Source: Marsupella aquatica
Taxonomy: Eukaryota; Plantae; Marchantiophyta
Assembly: GCA_973895155.1 (NCBI GenBank)
Contig: OZ316898.1
Span: 4,030,480 to 4,094,479, forward strand
DNA: 64,000 nt
Reading direction: 5' to 3'
Position 1 is the first letter of the stretch. The number at the start of each line of letters is the position of its first letter. Shown piece by piece: positions 1 to 12,804 of the stretch. The notes under the pieces were generated by a model, which saw only the letters and a program-made list of their open reading frames with translations, did no database searches and had not been told where the DNA came from. The position numbers and the translations under genes were made by a program.

Positions 1-155
1 GTTTCGCACCAACCTGCTTGAATTCTGCAATTTCAAATCCCAGTCAGACCAGTAAAAGAGTGCATCTGTGTGCTAAATGCGTTCAAGGGCAAACGCTCGA
101 GGTCAATCGCTACGACTTCTAACATACGTCAAATTAACGAAGATTTACAACTCAC

Positions 156-1677
156 CCCCAACGCTGTACTTTGCGAGTGTGCAATCGTGAACACTACTTT
201 CTCACATGCTAGTTTGACAATTGAATACGTCCTGTGACTCGGGAGTCTGCTCAGTGAATAACGATCTACGGATAGTGCACGGAACCTTCCGAACTGGCGG
301 ACGAAATACTCGCATTTATCCGGGGGTGTAATAATTCGACAGTCAAGTATTTGCACAAAAGGGTGCAACGAGAACATAGAAACTGAAGTATAAATCCATC
401 TTTTATGGAAAAGGTAGATTGAACTAATTAAGAACATATTCATCTACACAAACGTGTGCTGCTCGTTGTCACCAATGACGAAGTCGGGGGTTCTTTCTTA
501 GGACTTTGAACACTATCTCACAATGTTTCAATTCATTTCTCTCTGCCCCGGACCACTCTTCGGAACCCTGAACTTATTCGATAGTGACCTCCAGTCCCCC
601 ACTGAGGTTAGGGTTGTAATTCAGGGTTGAAGGTGGACGCCATACTCACTTGTTGAAGTGCACTTCTCCTGCAAGATGAAAAGGCCAAGAAAGAGTCGGC
701 AAACAAAGTTGGAGAATGAGATATTCTAGCTATACAGAATTTTTTCGAGCAAAGTTCACAAACACGTCCTAGTTGGAGAATCGCATACTAAAAAATATAC
801 AAACTGCTTTCAGGGGCATTGCTGAACTAGCAAACGTTCACAAACACGTCCTACTGTTCGATCGAATTGTCGAACATTAGCAGTCTACAACTCTGGCAGC
901 AATTTTAGGAGCAATGTAGGTCGATCCATTGAGACCCGCAGACAAACTTAACGGTCCTCTAAGAAAGTGATTTCTCCGTGAACTTTTTTAGCTAAATCAT
1001 TGCACTGCAGATCATCATCAGAAATTGATTTCTCCACGGGGAAAACATTGTTAGTAAACCACCCACAGTAATTCTGGAATTCACAGCTGTTGCTCCGATT
1101 TACGTTCTTTATTAAACGCAGAGAGTGAAACTTTCAGAATCTCGTGGCAAAGGCGAATCTCTTCTTCTAGAATTGTCCTTTGAGTGCGGATAGCAGGGTG
1201 TGAAACGAGAGATAGAAATACTGAAGAAGCTAAATATGTTTCAAAGTCCCAACTCTATAAATTAAATCAAAATCAGCTCCCACGTCTGCGCCGGAACAAC
1301 AATGCCATATAAAGTATGCATATACTCTTGCGCTACGAAAAAAGGTGTCACCTTAGCTCTTACTCCTCTATGCACAATCCAAATCTCATGAAGTGAAAAA
1401 CCATCCAGCATCTCCCATCTACAATTATGACCCAAAATACAAATCCCAGACGAAACGCCCCACCCGTGTGGAAGATGGATCCACTACCAAAATCAGGCAT
1501 AAACCTCAGGAAAAGATAAACCCCGGGAGCTGATCACCTCTCCCACTCACTTAGACGCTAAATAATCCTCAACCCTAAAGCTTTAACAATGGGGAGAAAA
1601 TTAGACTAACAGACAAGACGAGCGATCGAAGAAACTCACATTGCAGCAGGCACAAAAGCTGTCGCCGGCTTCTGCAT
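156..1677 (-). other. Possible 5' exons of an unidentified spliced gene running off the left edge (candidate exons 1640-1677, about 650-668, 156-231)
   Basis: Short segments end in GTGAG donors (ctcac on +), the lower two have CAG acceptors, and they have open frames (MQKPATAFVPAA; TYSIVKLACEKVVFTIAHSQSTALG). No family recognised. Confidence 0.25.
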
Positions 1678-2301
1678 TGTCTTTGACTGCTTGTGAATTG
1701 AGCAGGACGGACTACTGCCAAACCAAGAGCAAAGGTATCTCAGCTGTCGGGCTGAATGACAGAAGAAGTGACCATCCCAAATCTGTGAAGCTCTCTCTCG
1801 TCTTATTGTAACCCTACTCAATTGGAAGGCCACTCCGCAGACCTTTCCAATGAACCTAATAATTTCATTGAGAACTAAGAGACCCACAAATTGTCAAAGA
1901 TGACGCTGTAAGTTTTCTTGCCACATTTCAGTCCTGTATATTGTACTATATGAGTAGAAGAAGGGTTCTGATGTAAAATCTTGGGTTACCAAAGTATATA
2001 ATATTTACTACATGAGTACAAAGATAGGTGTGATACGGTCTATCCGATTTCGAAAAAGTCTATCTGAGTCACTGCAAAACGTGGAAGTCCATCATACGCG
2101 TTTCTACCATCCAGAACACTCCACGGAAGCTCCACAGACGAGGAGGTTGCTCTCCACGAATCTCAAGGGCCCAAATTGAGGTTCAATTGAACTCTTCTTG
2201 TTCACTCCATAGAATGAAACGTTCTGCCTCGAGCTTAAGTTCAGTGAACGCGGGTACCATCACCGCTAGTCGGACAGTGGTTCAGCTATGAGCTGATTGG
2301 G

Positions 2302-2911
2302 ATGGCAAGTATAGACAATCTTTTTGTCATTAACAAGTCCGGCGGCCTCATCTTCTACAAGGTATTTCAGTTTTATCAAAACACCTTGCTGATTTTGCCT
2401 CCTTTGACATTTTATCCACCTGACGAGTTTTTACTTCAGGGTTCTGGAACACACTTCTCCAATTGCCGTATATCATCCATCTCTCTGTCCGACCCTCTGT
2501 GAGGGCAATGCTGGATAAGATGGTAAAACCGCCATGAAGGGATTCTCTGGCAGTGACTAAATAGTTAGAGCTCAAGAGGCCGTTGGGTCTTATTGGATTA
2601 GCTGGTGGAGTGAAATCTATTTTATTCCTGGTACTGACCAATTAGAGCAAAACCAGGTCTGGTCTTCTTTTTAACCAAATGGCGAGCAATGCCGTTCTGG
2701 CTTGTGTTTTTGGTCGGTGTGGCTGTCGTTGTAATCTAGGGTGCTCACTTATGTGACAGGAATATGGTTCCACGGGACGCTTTGAGATTAGCGAGTCTCT
2801 GGCACTCGATGCATGCGATTTCCGTTCAGCTTTCTCCTACACCAGGCTGCACTGGGATTGAAGTTCTGGAGGCCGATACATTTAATCTTCACTGCTTCCA
2901 GTCGCTCACAG
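2302..2911 (+). pseudogene. TRAPPC4: Truncated, frameshifted TRAPP complex subunit 4 (Trs23/synbindin) fragment; exons 2302-2361 and 2760-2911
   Basis: MASIDNLFVINKSGGLIFYK|EYGSTGR, then in another frame DALRLASLWHSMHAISVQLSPTPGCTGIEVLEADTFNLHCFQSLTG. The linker normally seen between these blocks (LDTN-like) is missing, causing a frameshift. No downstream exon (TKFF...YVLKNPFY) was found before the next gene. Confidence 0.8.
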
Positions 2912-3847
2912 GTACCATCGACCTTTCACTTTCCGACGCATCACTGTTTCTAACAGCTACCTGCACGCAATTGTAGGATCAGAGGCGGAATAGAACCAAG
3001 ATACACATCGTAATGGACGGTAGTTGTCCGTAGCGAATGGTTTTACCTTGGTCGTCTAGTTGCTATTATGCCCTTTAGAGTTCCTAATGTCTCGTGGACT
3101 TCATTATCACCGAGTGGACGTTTCCAGCAATAATTAGTAATGTTCTACTTGAAAACTTCTGAAGTAGCTAAGGTCTAAAGTACCACATAGATCAGATCAG
3201 TGGCCAGATTCCACTGAAATTCCACTGGTTCAGATTTTACTACCGTAATGCTGTTTTCCTCTCACGGTGAGGGATTTCAAGATTGAGTTCGTATTAGATC
3301 TAGTCAGTGCTCAGTCAGAGAACAGTCACAGACTGACGATCAAAAGTCTCAATCATCCTCTTACCTGCTGCTACAAAACTTTGTTGCAGATTTCAGATAC
3401 CAGAACTCAAGGTTGCCAATTCTTTCAGCGACCTCACTATAATCTGACTTTAAATCATGCGCTGATTGCAATTTAATAAAGACTGTCTAACAGTTCGATG
3501 AATTAGAACACCCACCAGAAACTCCGTCTGCTCTGATGTTCTAGTCTCCCAAGACTTTCTATGAAGTCCAGAGAGGAGACATCAGGGACAGTGAAGCACG
3601 GAACCACAGCTCCATTCCGCTTGCTAATAACGTTGAATTGCCTGTAGGTTTTGCAGGCGGGAAGTGAAGCATGGAGCAGCATTTTCCGGCGGACATGATT
3701 GCCAAGGTACAACTTCTACCAGGGATCACTGAAAGATGAGAGTACTTTGGTCCATGGAAAGTTGCTATAGAGGGTTTGATCGGTTACCATGTTGTGGACG
3801 GACAGGGTTGACTGTCGTAAGGTTGACGATTCCATCAATTGGTACAA

Positions 3848-6369
3848 ATGGCGTATGGTGTTACAGGCCGGGATGCCCTTCTCGTTAAGTCTCCTATGTC
3901 TCTTGTCATTGCGTCGCCTCTCTCCTCCAAACTGAAAGTTCCTCCACCATCTGATGTACATGAAGGACATCCGGGGACTTGCTTACCACAAGCATCTAGA
4001 AAGCCCTCTGTTGGAATGAGGGCGTCATGGGGAGGTGGCAGTGCGTCTCGGATTGTCTGCAATTGCACTCCTCCTCCTCCTCCTTTCTCCAACAGCAACA
4101 ATGCATCCTCCCCAATTCCGTGGGAGGATGCTTTGGATTCCTTTGCAGTGGATGTTGTAGGAGCAGAGGCAATAGCTCTCAATGTTCCTCTCATTGCGCC
4201 GTTTACCATCGCTATCACTAGGCTGGACGAGGTTCAGAACGTGGCCATCTCTGTGGCGCTGTCTGATGGAAGTATTGGATGGGGAGAGGCTCCTACTCTG
4301 CCTCCGGTCACAGCAGAGAATCAAATTGTGGCGTTGGCAAAGGCTGCTCAGGCTTGTGAATTTTTACAAGTGGAGCCTGGGCAAAGTCTGAGGGAGATTC
4401 TTCAGAAGATGGCTCGAATTCTTCCAGGACATGACTTTGCTTCGGTATGTGAAAATGTGGACAGAGTATTTTTTAATTCGAGTCTCAATCTTTTGCTGTG
4501 GGTCATGAGCTATTCAGCAGCTTGGAGGCACTGCGGGTGAAGGTGTTACTTGCCATTGTTTAATAATTTTACCGCTCCATGAATTTGACACAGATGAGTG
4601 GGTGAAGGTTCGAGCAGGGATGGAGATGGCGGTGGTGGATGCAGTCGCCTGCAGCCTGAAGCTGCCCCTTTGGAAATTCTTTGGAGGTCATAGTTCGAGT
4701 GTCACCACTGATATCACGGTAGCGACATACTACCCACCTTGATCTCACTCGTGTTAACGTTTATCCTTGGAAGTACCCATCAGCATCTCAGTAGCAACAG
4801 ATTTGATGTTTGTAATTACAGATAACTTACAAATTAAAGAAAAAAGGAAACTATCAGAGAATTCCAATGGGGATGTCTGGGTGCCAAAGTAGGCCTTGTG
4901 ATAGTTTCTATTGTTCTTCGATCCAAAGTATTCATATGCTCTCTAGACCATGGAAAGAAGGAGCTCTCACAGGTAAACTTTACCAGATTCCCATATGCCC
5001 AGAGGACCAAGCGGAGCAGTTGGCTGTGCAATACGCAGCAAGAGGCTTTGCTACCATCAAGACAAAGGTGGGCGGGAGAGCTCTTTCTTCAGATATTTCC
5101 CTTTTGAAAGCAATTCGGAGAGGCCATCCTTCATGCTCTTTAATCTTGGATGCCAATTGTGGATATACTGCTGGCGAGGCTCTTCAAGTTCTTCGAGAGC
5201 TGCATGGTAATTACACAAAGCACACCATCCCTAGATCACAGCAGCACAAAGAGTCTTATTTCCATTCTATAGCCTGCTCTGGAAGGTGGATGCATTACGA
5301 ACAAATATATAATCAGAATCCAATGTGTCCTGACAGTTATCTTTGCCTCCATTTTGCTCGCAGATCTGGGTTTGACTCCGACTCTATTTGAGCAACCAGT
5401 TATGCGTGACGATTGGACTGGCCTTGGACAAGTCAGCCGGATGGCTAGAGAGCTATACGATGTACCAGTAGCAGCAGACGAGAGCTGCCGGAACCGACGT
5501 GATGCGCAGTACATTGCGGAGAGGGGATTAGCAGAAGTGGTGAATGTGAAATTGGCCAAAATGGGAGTCATGGAAGCACTTGAACTTGTGGCTTTAGTGA
5601 GAAAGGAAGGATTGGGCCTGATGATTGGTGGCATGGTGGAGACTCGATTGGCAATGGGCTTTGCTGCGCATCTTGTGGGCGGGTTGGGAGGTTTTAGGTA
5701 TCCCTCCTGTGCAAGTTCTAGTCTTGTGCAGAATTGCTTATGCTCTTAATGTCTCTTTCTACTGAAAGCAATCAACTTTCTAGTAGTATTTAAGCAGTAT
5801 GCGTAGTCTCTGAATTTGAGTAAGAATGCGTTGCAAGGACTGTAATGTAATTTCAACTCGCCCCAACGTTGATAAGCATTTCCCGTGACGGATCTTTCGG
5901 TTGCTTCCCTTTGCCAGCCTTTATAAGTCATAGGCAGCCTGGCGCATGGGTTATACAAGCTAGTAACCATACTCTAACAAGACTGTCGTAACAAAATATA
6001 GAGCACAAAGAACAAATCTAGAAGGGATGTGAAGAATGTGGAAAATTTTGTAAATCTTATTTTTTTCTCAAGAACAAGGACTTACGTTTTGTCTCAGATT
6101 TGTAGATTTGGATACCCCACTTCTACTCGCGGAAGATCCGGTGCGTGGTGGCTACAAAGGTATTAGTAGCTATGCCTGGTGCTTCCAAGGGATCCAGTAG
6201 ATATTATCATCATTTCTTTCAATTCAAAAATTCATTCACAGAAACCTTACTGCTCTATGAAGTTGGCCTTTGATGGTTCTGAATTAACTTTGTTAGGTGG
6301 CATCTTGAAGTCAATGGTGCAGTGTACACATTTTCTGAAGACTATGGACATGGGGGTAGACTCGGTTGA
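3848..6369 (+). CDS. L-Ala-D/L-amino acid (dipeptide) epimerase, enolase superfamily; exons 3848-4444, 4608-4718, 4987-5206, 5364-5697, 6098-6159, 6311-6369
   Basis: Spliced model is in frame with GT-AG junctions. Motifs: APFTIA, GWGEAP, VRAGMEMAVVDA, TTDITIP, IKTKVG (KxK), ILDAN, FEQP, AADES, NVKLAK, FVDLDTPLLLAEDP. The Ser/Pro-rich N-terminal extension resembles a transit peptide. Confidence 0.92.
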
Positions 6370-6381
6370 ATTGCGAACTGC

Positions 6382-6499
6382 AGATTCCGTGCAAGGCCTA
6401 GAGCAACGTTTTGTTTGTCCAACTCTCATATATGCTGAGGAGATTCCGTGCAAGGCCTAGAGCAGCGTTTGGTTTGTCCAACTCTCATATATGCTGAGG
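6382..6499. repeat. 59-bp tandem duplication in the epimerase 3' region
   Basis: agattccgtgcaaggcctagagc...atatgctgagg occurs twice back to back. Confidence 0.9.
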
Positions 6500-6683
6500 A
6501 AATACATCGACCGCGTAAATACGCCTGCGAGTTCTGATACTCATTAGTTTTTAGGATTTGTCGACCACTGTAGACTATAATGATCCACTACGACATAGTT
6601 TTGTAACTCCTTCGCTATTCTATAAGTCACAACAATTTGGGCCGCCTATTAGTTTGAAATCCCTTGCGTGTTTCAGCATGGTC

Positions 6684-6950
6684 TGCAATGCGACTGTTGT
6701 ACTACTCACCTTCCCAGAAAAGTGAAGTTAGTGGGATCTCCACGAAGTAACTTCTGGCATTGAGTGCGAATGCAATGCGACTGTTGTACTACTCACCTTC
6801 CCAGAAAAGTGAAGTTAGTGGGATCTCCACGAAGTAACTTCTGGCATTGAGTGCGAATTCGCATTACACAGTGGTCCACAACGCGAGTGTTGTACTCCTG
6901 CCTCTCCCGAAAGTGAAGTTAATGGGACTTCCACCAAGAAACTTCACCAC
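6684..6950. repeat. About 88-bp tandem repeat (2 exact copies plus 1 degenerate) between the convergent epimerase and GyrB genes
   Basis: tgcaatgcgactgttgtactactcaccttcccagaaaagtgaagttagtgggatctccacgaag... is repeated, with a diverged third copy at about 6880-6950. Confidence 0.85.
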
Positions 6951-7515
6951 TTGAATTCACATTTTGCTGTGAGGAACTTTATTTCTTTTCTTTGATCACT
7001 CAATTATTGTATTACTATTAGGCTGACCTTGAGTACATACTATTACAATAATTGAGTAGGTAAATGAGTGGCAAGATGCTGCACCTTGCCAGTATGTGCC
7101 AACCAACGGATAACACTCCACAAGAGCAGACATGAAGTATAAATGAATCCTCACGTCCCATAAAGCAGGCACTTGGGCCAATCAATGTCAAAATTGCAGT
7201 GATGAGGTATGCCTAACATAAATTGGTCGACAACCCTGTGCCTTTCAACCACAAATTTGTAGCTGCCAGTTCTTCAAAATTTCAAGAGTAGATCGACGTG
7301 TAGAAGGGTCGAAATAGAACGACAGGTTTCAAATAAAGTCAGGCCATACCAGTATGCCGGTTTCAAAGAAAGTAATGTCAAACCTGTATGTTCTATGCCG
7401 ACCCTTGTACAAATCATCCAGGCACTGTACCCATCAATGTTTCTATCCCTCTATCCTCCTACGTACCCATTTATCAATCTTTCTAGAGCAAGTACTTCGA
7501 TCTCGATTCTGCAAG

Positions 7516-9933
7516 CTAGAAATCCAGATTCTCGACACCTAACATGTACGGAGAATTACTAATAAGCTCTTTCCGGGGCTCCACCTTTGGACCCATCAGC
7601 ATTGCAAACCTGTGACTCGCTTCTGCAGCGTCTTCGATTGTAAGTTGTCTCAGCATCCTATTGGCCGGGTCCAGTGTTGTCTCCCATAATTGCAGAGGCA
7701 TCATCTCTCCTAAGCCTTTAAAACGTTGAATATTGTAGGAAGCATTTGACGGAAAACTCTTCAAAAGTGATTGCAGCTCACCCTCATCATAACAATACGT
7801 TGCTTGCTTTCCCCGTTCTACCTTGTATAGAGGAGGTACTCCCACATAGATGCACCCTGCTTCAAATAATTGCCTCTGATATCGAAAGAGGAAAGTGAGA
7901 AGTAAAGTACGAATGTGGGCTCCATCAACATCAGCATCCGTGAGAATGATAATTTTATGATAGCGTAGGTTCTCTAATTTGAACTCCTCTCCCTTTACCC
8001 CAAGGCCGAGGGCAATAATCATATCTTGGATCTCTCGATTTTTGTAAATAGCAGCATCCTCTTTTCTCTCAACATTCAAAATTTTTCCTCGTAGTGGCAA
8101 TACTGCCTGGAATTTTCTGTCTCTGCCCTGCTTGGCACTGCCCCCAGCCGAATCTCCTTCCACAATGAAAATTTCTGAGTTTCGAGGATCCGTGCAAGAG
8201 CAGTCTGACAGCTTTCCTGGAAGCATTGCAGACTTAAGGACATTTTTCCGCCGCACAAGCTCTCTAGCCTTTTTAGCAGCCATAGCAGCCTTGAAGGCCT
8301 GGATGGCTTTCGACAAGATTGTCTCCAAAACATCAGGATGGGTCTCCAGATACTCAGTGACAAGTTCACCGACCGATTGCTCAACAACACGCCGCACCTC
8401 TAGATTTCCGAGCCTTGTTTTAGTCTGCCCTTCAAATTCAGGATTTGGAACCTTGACGGCCACAACGCAAGTTAAGCCCTCTCTTGCATGATCCCCACTC
8501 AAATTCTCGTCTTTCTCCTTGAGGATCTTCATCTTTCTCCCGAGAGAGTTCAGAGTACGAGTTACAGCTGCCTTCATCCCATCCAGATGAGTGCCACCAT
8601 CACTAGTTCTTATGCTGTTGGCATATCCAAGAATTGTATCTGTATAAGCATCTGCACACCACTGAAGTGCCACATCAACTGTGATGCCGTCCCTTTCTCT
8701 CCTTACTGAGATGGGCTCGTGCAGGCGTTCCTTATCCTGATTGAGCCATAGCACATACTCATTCAGACCTCCTGCAAAATGGTACTCTTTAGAACGCGCC
8801 TGTTCACCATCACCTTGTGTCAATCTAATAGTCACCTCAGAATTGAGAAAGGCCAGCTCCCTTAATCGTCCTGATATAGTAGTGTAATCAAATTCGATAC
8901 TAGAAGTAAAAATCTCAGTGTCTGGCCTGAAAATGACTCGCGTTCCTGATTTTGCCTTGAGCTCCTCCGGGAGAGGCCTACTGGTAAGTTCAGTGACTGG
9001 TTTCCCACGTGCATAGAACTGCTCATATTCTTGACCATTCCGCCACACATTCACTTGCAAATTCTCAGATAGGGCATTCACCACAGAGATACCCACGCCG
9101 TGCAAGCCCCCGGAGACAGAGTACCCACTGCCATCACCACCAAATTTGCCACCAGCATGGAGCACGGTCAAGACTGTTTCCACAGCAGATTTCCCAGTGC
9201 TTCCATGCACCCCAGTTGGTATCCCCCGACCATTGTCAGTTACACTAACAGACCCATCCGCCAGAAGCTCCACATCGATCTGGGTGGCAAAACCAGCTTG
9301 AACTTCGTCAATGGAGTTGTCAAGAACCTCCCACACAAGATGATGGAGGCCCTTGGGCCCAGTGCTCCCGATATACATGCCTGGACGCTTCCGGACCGGC
9401 TCCAACCCCTCTAACACCTGAATTTGTTCGGCATCATAGGCATCCATTGATTCAGGTGATGCCTCGACTGGTACACTGGTGCTAATGGCCCGTATAACCT
9501 CACCCCCTCTCCATCCCGCCCTAAACCCTAAACCCTCGCAAATATCAGAGCTGCTCCTAAGGGTTGGGAGAATCTGAGGGACCCCCAAAATGACACCAGT
9601 CAGGTTGATCCTGCTACAACGAGACCTGTCCTCCTTTCTGATGCCGCAGATGGGCTTGCTCTCCTCCGAGACTCTCAGTCGTGACACCACACTTACCAGA
9701 GGCCTGAACCCTAGCTTCACAGCTATCTTCTGACTCGGCTGAAAAAGTAGCCTCCGTGAGCCAGCAACAAAATTGTTAGTCTCCGCCATGAGGGCACTCC
9801 GAGAGCCGTTGCAAGAGAGAGCCATGGCGGACTGTGACAAATGTGGAGCAATTCCAGCTCTGGTGCCGGTGGTGCTCGTGGCGCAGCTCAAAAACAACGC
9901 ACCGACAGCTGACTTGAGATTAAATGGGTACAT
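7516..9933 (-). CDS. GYRB: DNA gyrase subunit B, organelle-targeted, intronless (805 aa)
   Basis: [49 protein letters not shown] (GHKL ATPase); [24 protein letters not shown] (TOPRIM); QRFKGLGEM. An N-terminal extension of about 160 aa is transit-peptide-like. Confidence 0.97.
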   Translation of the reverse strand: MYPFNLKSAVGALFLSCATSTTGTRAGIAPHLSQSAMALSCNGSRSALMAETNNFVAGSRRLLFQPSQKIAVKLGFRPLVSVVSRLRVSEESKPICGIRKEDRSRCSRINLTGVILGVPQILPTLRSSSDICEGLGFRAGWRGGEVIRAISTSVPVEASPESMDAYDAEQIQVLEGLEPVRKRPGMYIGSTGPKGLHHLVWEVLDNSIDEVQAGFATQIDVELLADGSVSVTDNGRGIPTGVHGSTGKSAVETVLTVLHAGGKFGGDGSGYSVSGGLHGVGISVVNALSENLQVNVWRNGQEYEQFYARGKPVTELTSRPLPEELKAKSGTRVIFRPDTEIFTSSIEFDYTTISGRLRELAFLNSEVTIRLTQGDGEQARSKEYHFAGGLNEYVLWLNQDKERLHEPISVRRERDGITVDVALQWCADAYTDTILGYANSIRTSDGGTHLDGMKAAVTRTLNSLGRKMKILKEKDENLSGDHAREGLTCVVAVKVPNPEFEGQTKTRLGNLEVRRVVEQSVGELVTEYLETHPDVLETILSKAIQAFKAAMAAKKARELVRRKNVLKSAMLPGKLSDCSCTDPRNSEIFIVEGDSAGGSAKQGRDRKFQAVLPLRGKILNVERKEDAAIYKNREIQDMIIALGLGVKGEEFKLENLRYHKIIILTDADVDGAHIRTLLLTFLFRYQRQLFEAGCIYVGVPPLYKVERGKQATYCYDEGELQSLLKSFPSNASYNIQRFKGLGEMMPLQLWETTLDPANRMLRQLTIEDAAEASHRFAMLMGPKVEPRKELISNSPYMLGVENLDF

Positions 9934-12804
9934 AAGTGCAGCAACTCGGAATCCGAACTCTTCTCACTCGCCGAATCGCGCTTCAATCATCATCCGATGA
10001 AGATTACATTCTCATCGCTCTGGAGCAAACGATCCAGACAGCAGCACCCTAAACCCTGACCCCATCAACCGATCCATCCTGAGCGCTTGCAAGCGACAGT
10101 CGAAAAGCTAAGTTTCCAGAATTCCTGTGAGCGGCTCCAGCCCGAGATTGAAGAAAATGGTCTGAGCGAGACGGAGATTCTCAGCTCGTCGTGCTGGTGC
10201 TGTCTTGTGACTACGAGACAGCCATAGTTCTCATGGCGGGAGATGTTTGCCTTTTTCGATTGCGTCGTGGCCAGAATTTCGTTTGCGCAGACGGAGAGGC
10301 CCACGAGGTTTGATCCAGATTTTAACGAGGCACACAAAACACTAAACTGTTTTCCCACGGCAAATATTTGGTTGGGCCTCTAAATTTGCTGCGCATCTAT
10401 ATATATTTTTGGTTACGCACATATCTAACAAACTCTGGGAAAAATGGAGATTGAGATAAGGTGAGTTTCCTACATGGCATAGCTAGCATGTGAAGAGTTA
10501 CTCAACAACCAGTTGAAGAGTTACTCAACAACCAGTTGAATCTAAATTGATGAATGGATAACAGGTTTAGATGGCCCTGCTGCTGGCTGGAAAGTGAGCC
10601 CACAAATGCATATTTGGCAGTGCCTTGTGGGGTACCCACCAATGGTAGACTCCATGCTGGTGCCCACCATCAATCATGTCACTCAAAACAGGCTATTGCA
10701 AAAATGAAATCATTTCCAGATAACTCCCATGTCCTACACACAAATCTCAACAAGAAGGTCCTTAATGTAAATTGCATTATGGATACCATTCAACCTAATC
10801 AAAAGTCTACTTTCAAATGCTACATTTAGAGTGAAGCATCTAGATTAATTAGTAGTTTTTCCTCTTTATTTACACCCTTTTCTAGTGCCTAAAACGCCTT
10901 GAATAGGAGCCTGGCTAGCTACTTTTTCCTCTTTGTTTTCTTACATACTGACCTGGATACTGGAGCTTCGCTCAGGTTCACTGTTGCCTTCCTCACCTGA
11001 AGTCTCACCCTTAAATTGCCACCACCTCAGAGTTATGGTCTCTAGCCTTCCTCACCTCATGCCTCTCCTGAAACTTGTCACCGCCTCAAAGTCATGGACT
11101 AGAAACGTAGCTGTAGACCATAGGCTCCACAATGTAACTGTGATTAACCTCTTCTACTAACCAAGTCCTTCGTTGAGAGCCTGGTTTTTCTCTTTTTCTC
11201 TTTTTTTTTTTTTGGTGGGTGGGTGGGGGGGGATGATACTCCCATGGAGCTAGTCTGGGTCCCATCATGACACCTTTGCATTTTTTTCTCATTACCACCA
11301 ATCTTGGTTCCAACAATTTTTTGATAGCACCTTCAAAATCTCCCTTAATATGCAAGAAGTGGCTGATCTTGCACTTGTTAGAAGCCTCTCAGAAATATAT
11401 TTCCAACAAGATTACTATCTCTAGTTTTCATATAGAATTGATAAAGTCATGAATGTCTAAAGATTACTCGATCTATCACTCAGTATGCAGATTCTGTGTT
11501 GCCAAAAGTTTCTGGGCAGCTACCTTTGATGTCCTACCAATGGAATCTATATATGTTGGGTTTATTAGAAAGTGCTTTCCAGTGAGCCTTACAGTATAGT
11601 CTAATTTCATTAACAATTGAGAACCTGCAAATAGTCAAAGATCACTGTCTCCTTTTCTTGCCACACTTCAATCATGGCTATGCACTATATGAGCAAAAAA
11701 GAGGTTTTCACTGTCCTGGATGCAGAATTTGTCTGAGCATTTTGGCAGGTCCATCTTGGCTTCAATTTCTTTTCTGTTTTGGCTCAACTTTAATACACTA
11801 TTGTGATGGGGGGCCAATAATGACCCCAGAATTGTTGACCACTTTATTCAGCCTATCCATAAAGGTTATCAAGTCTTTGAGAACCTTCATAAGCAAAAAA
11901 ATCCAATCTACAAATTTATCCTTAATAACTGCTTTTACGAGGCATGCCTTTTGCCAAGATTTTTATTAAAGTTAACCAAAGGAAACAATAGAGCATGATT
12001 GAATGGTTTTCTGAAAAGCAAAAACTTTCAGAGAAATCTTTTTCCAATGAAACAGTAGATACTAATAAAGTTTTTCAAAAACAAGTACCAAATATGCATC
12101 AGTCCAGAATTCAGGGGTTTATTGTGGAAACCTTGTTGTCACAAAGCACATGATTGATAATGTATCAATGATACAGTAATACAACCTCTACGGTACACCA
12201 TTCGCTGCACTGTTCAGCTTTTTGTGACCCCCTAACTTTGGTATCGAAGAGATGTTACTAGTATTGTAGCTAGGACAAAACTTTAATTTTATAATCGTGC
12301 ATTCCAGACCCCCCAGACCTGGGTTATTGTCTACATTCTATACAATTACCTCCTCTATGCACACCATTCTAAGGTACTACAGTACCTACCTCCTCTAAGA
12401 TACACCACCACATGGTACTGTTCAGCTTGTGCTGACCAGATACCTTACTTAAATGGCCTGGTTTATTCACCACTCTGTTCTACAACTGAATACACTGTCC
12501 TGTGAGCATTGTTCGCCATTTTTTTGCATTCCATACACCACGTCCTGATTTATTCACCACTCTGTTCTACAACTGAATACACTGTCCTGTGAGCATTGTT
12601 CGCCATTTTTTGCATTCCATACACCATGTCCTGATGGACAAGCTTCGCTGTAGCTTTCTTCATTCCTTTCACTGACTGCTACACAGACTCCTCCTGTGTG
12701 AGGAGTCCAGATCCCACTCGAGTCGTCGTCGTGCATGGCCGCCTGCTTCGTTTTAACATTATGTTTCCCTCGAGCTGCGAGATATTTACACCCTCGTCTA
12801 CAAC

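Noticed and set aside
7516-9933. Bacterial contamination as the source of gyrB
   Set aside because: It has a long transit-peptide-like N-terminus and a plant-type sequence, with no operon context, and it is contiguous with intron-containing plant genes.
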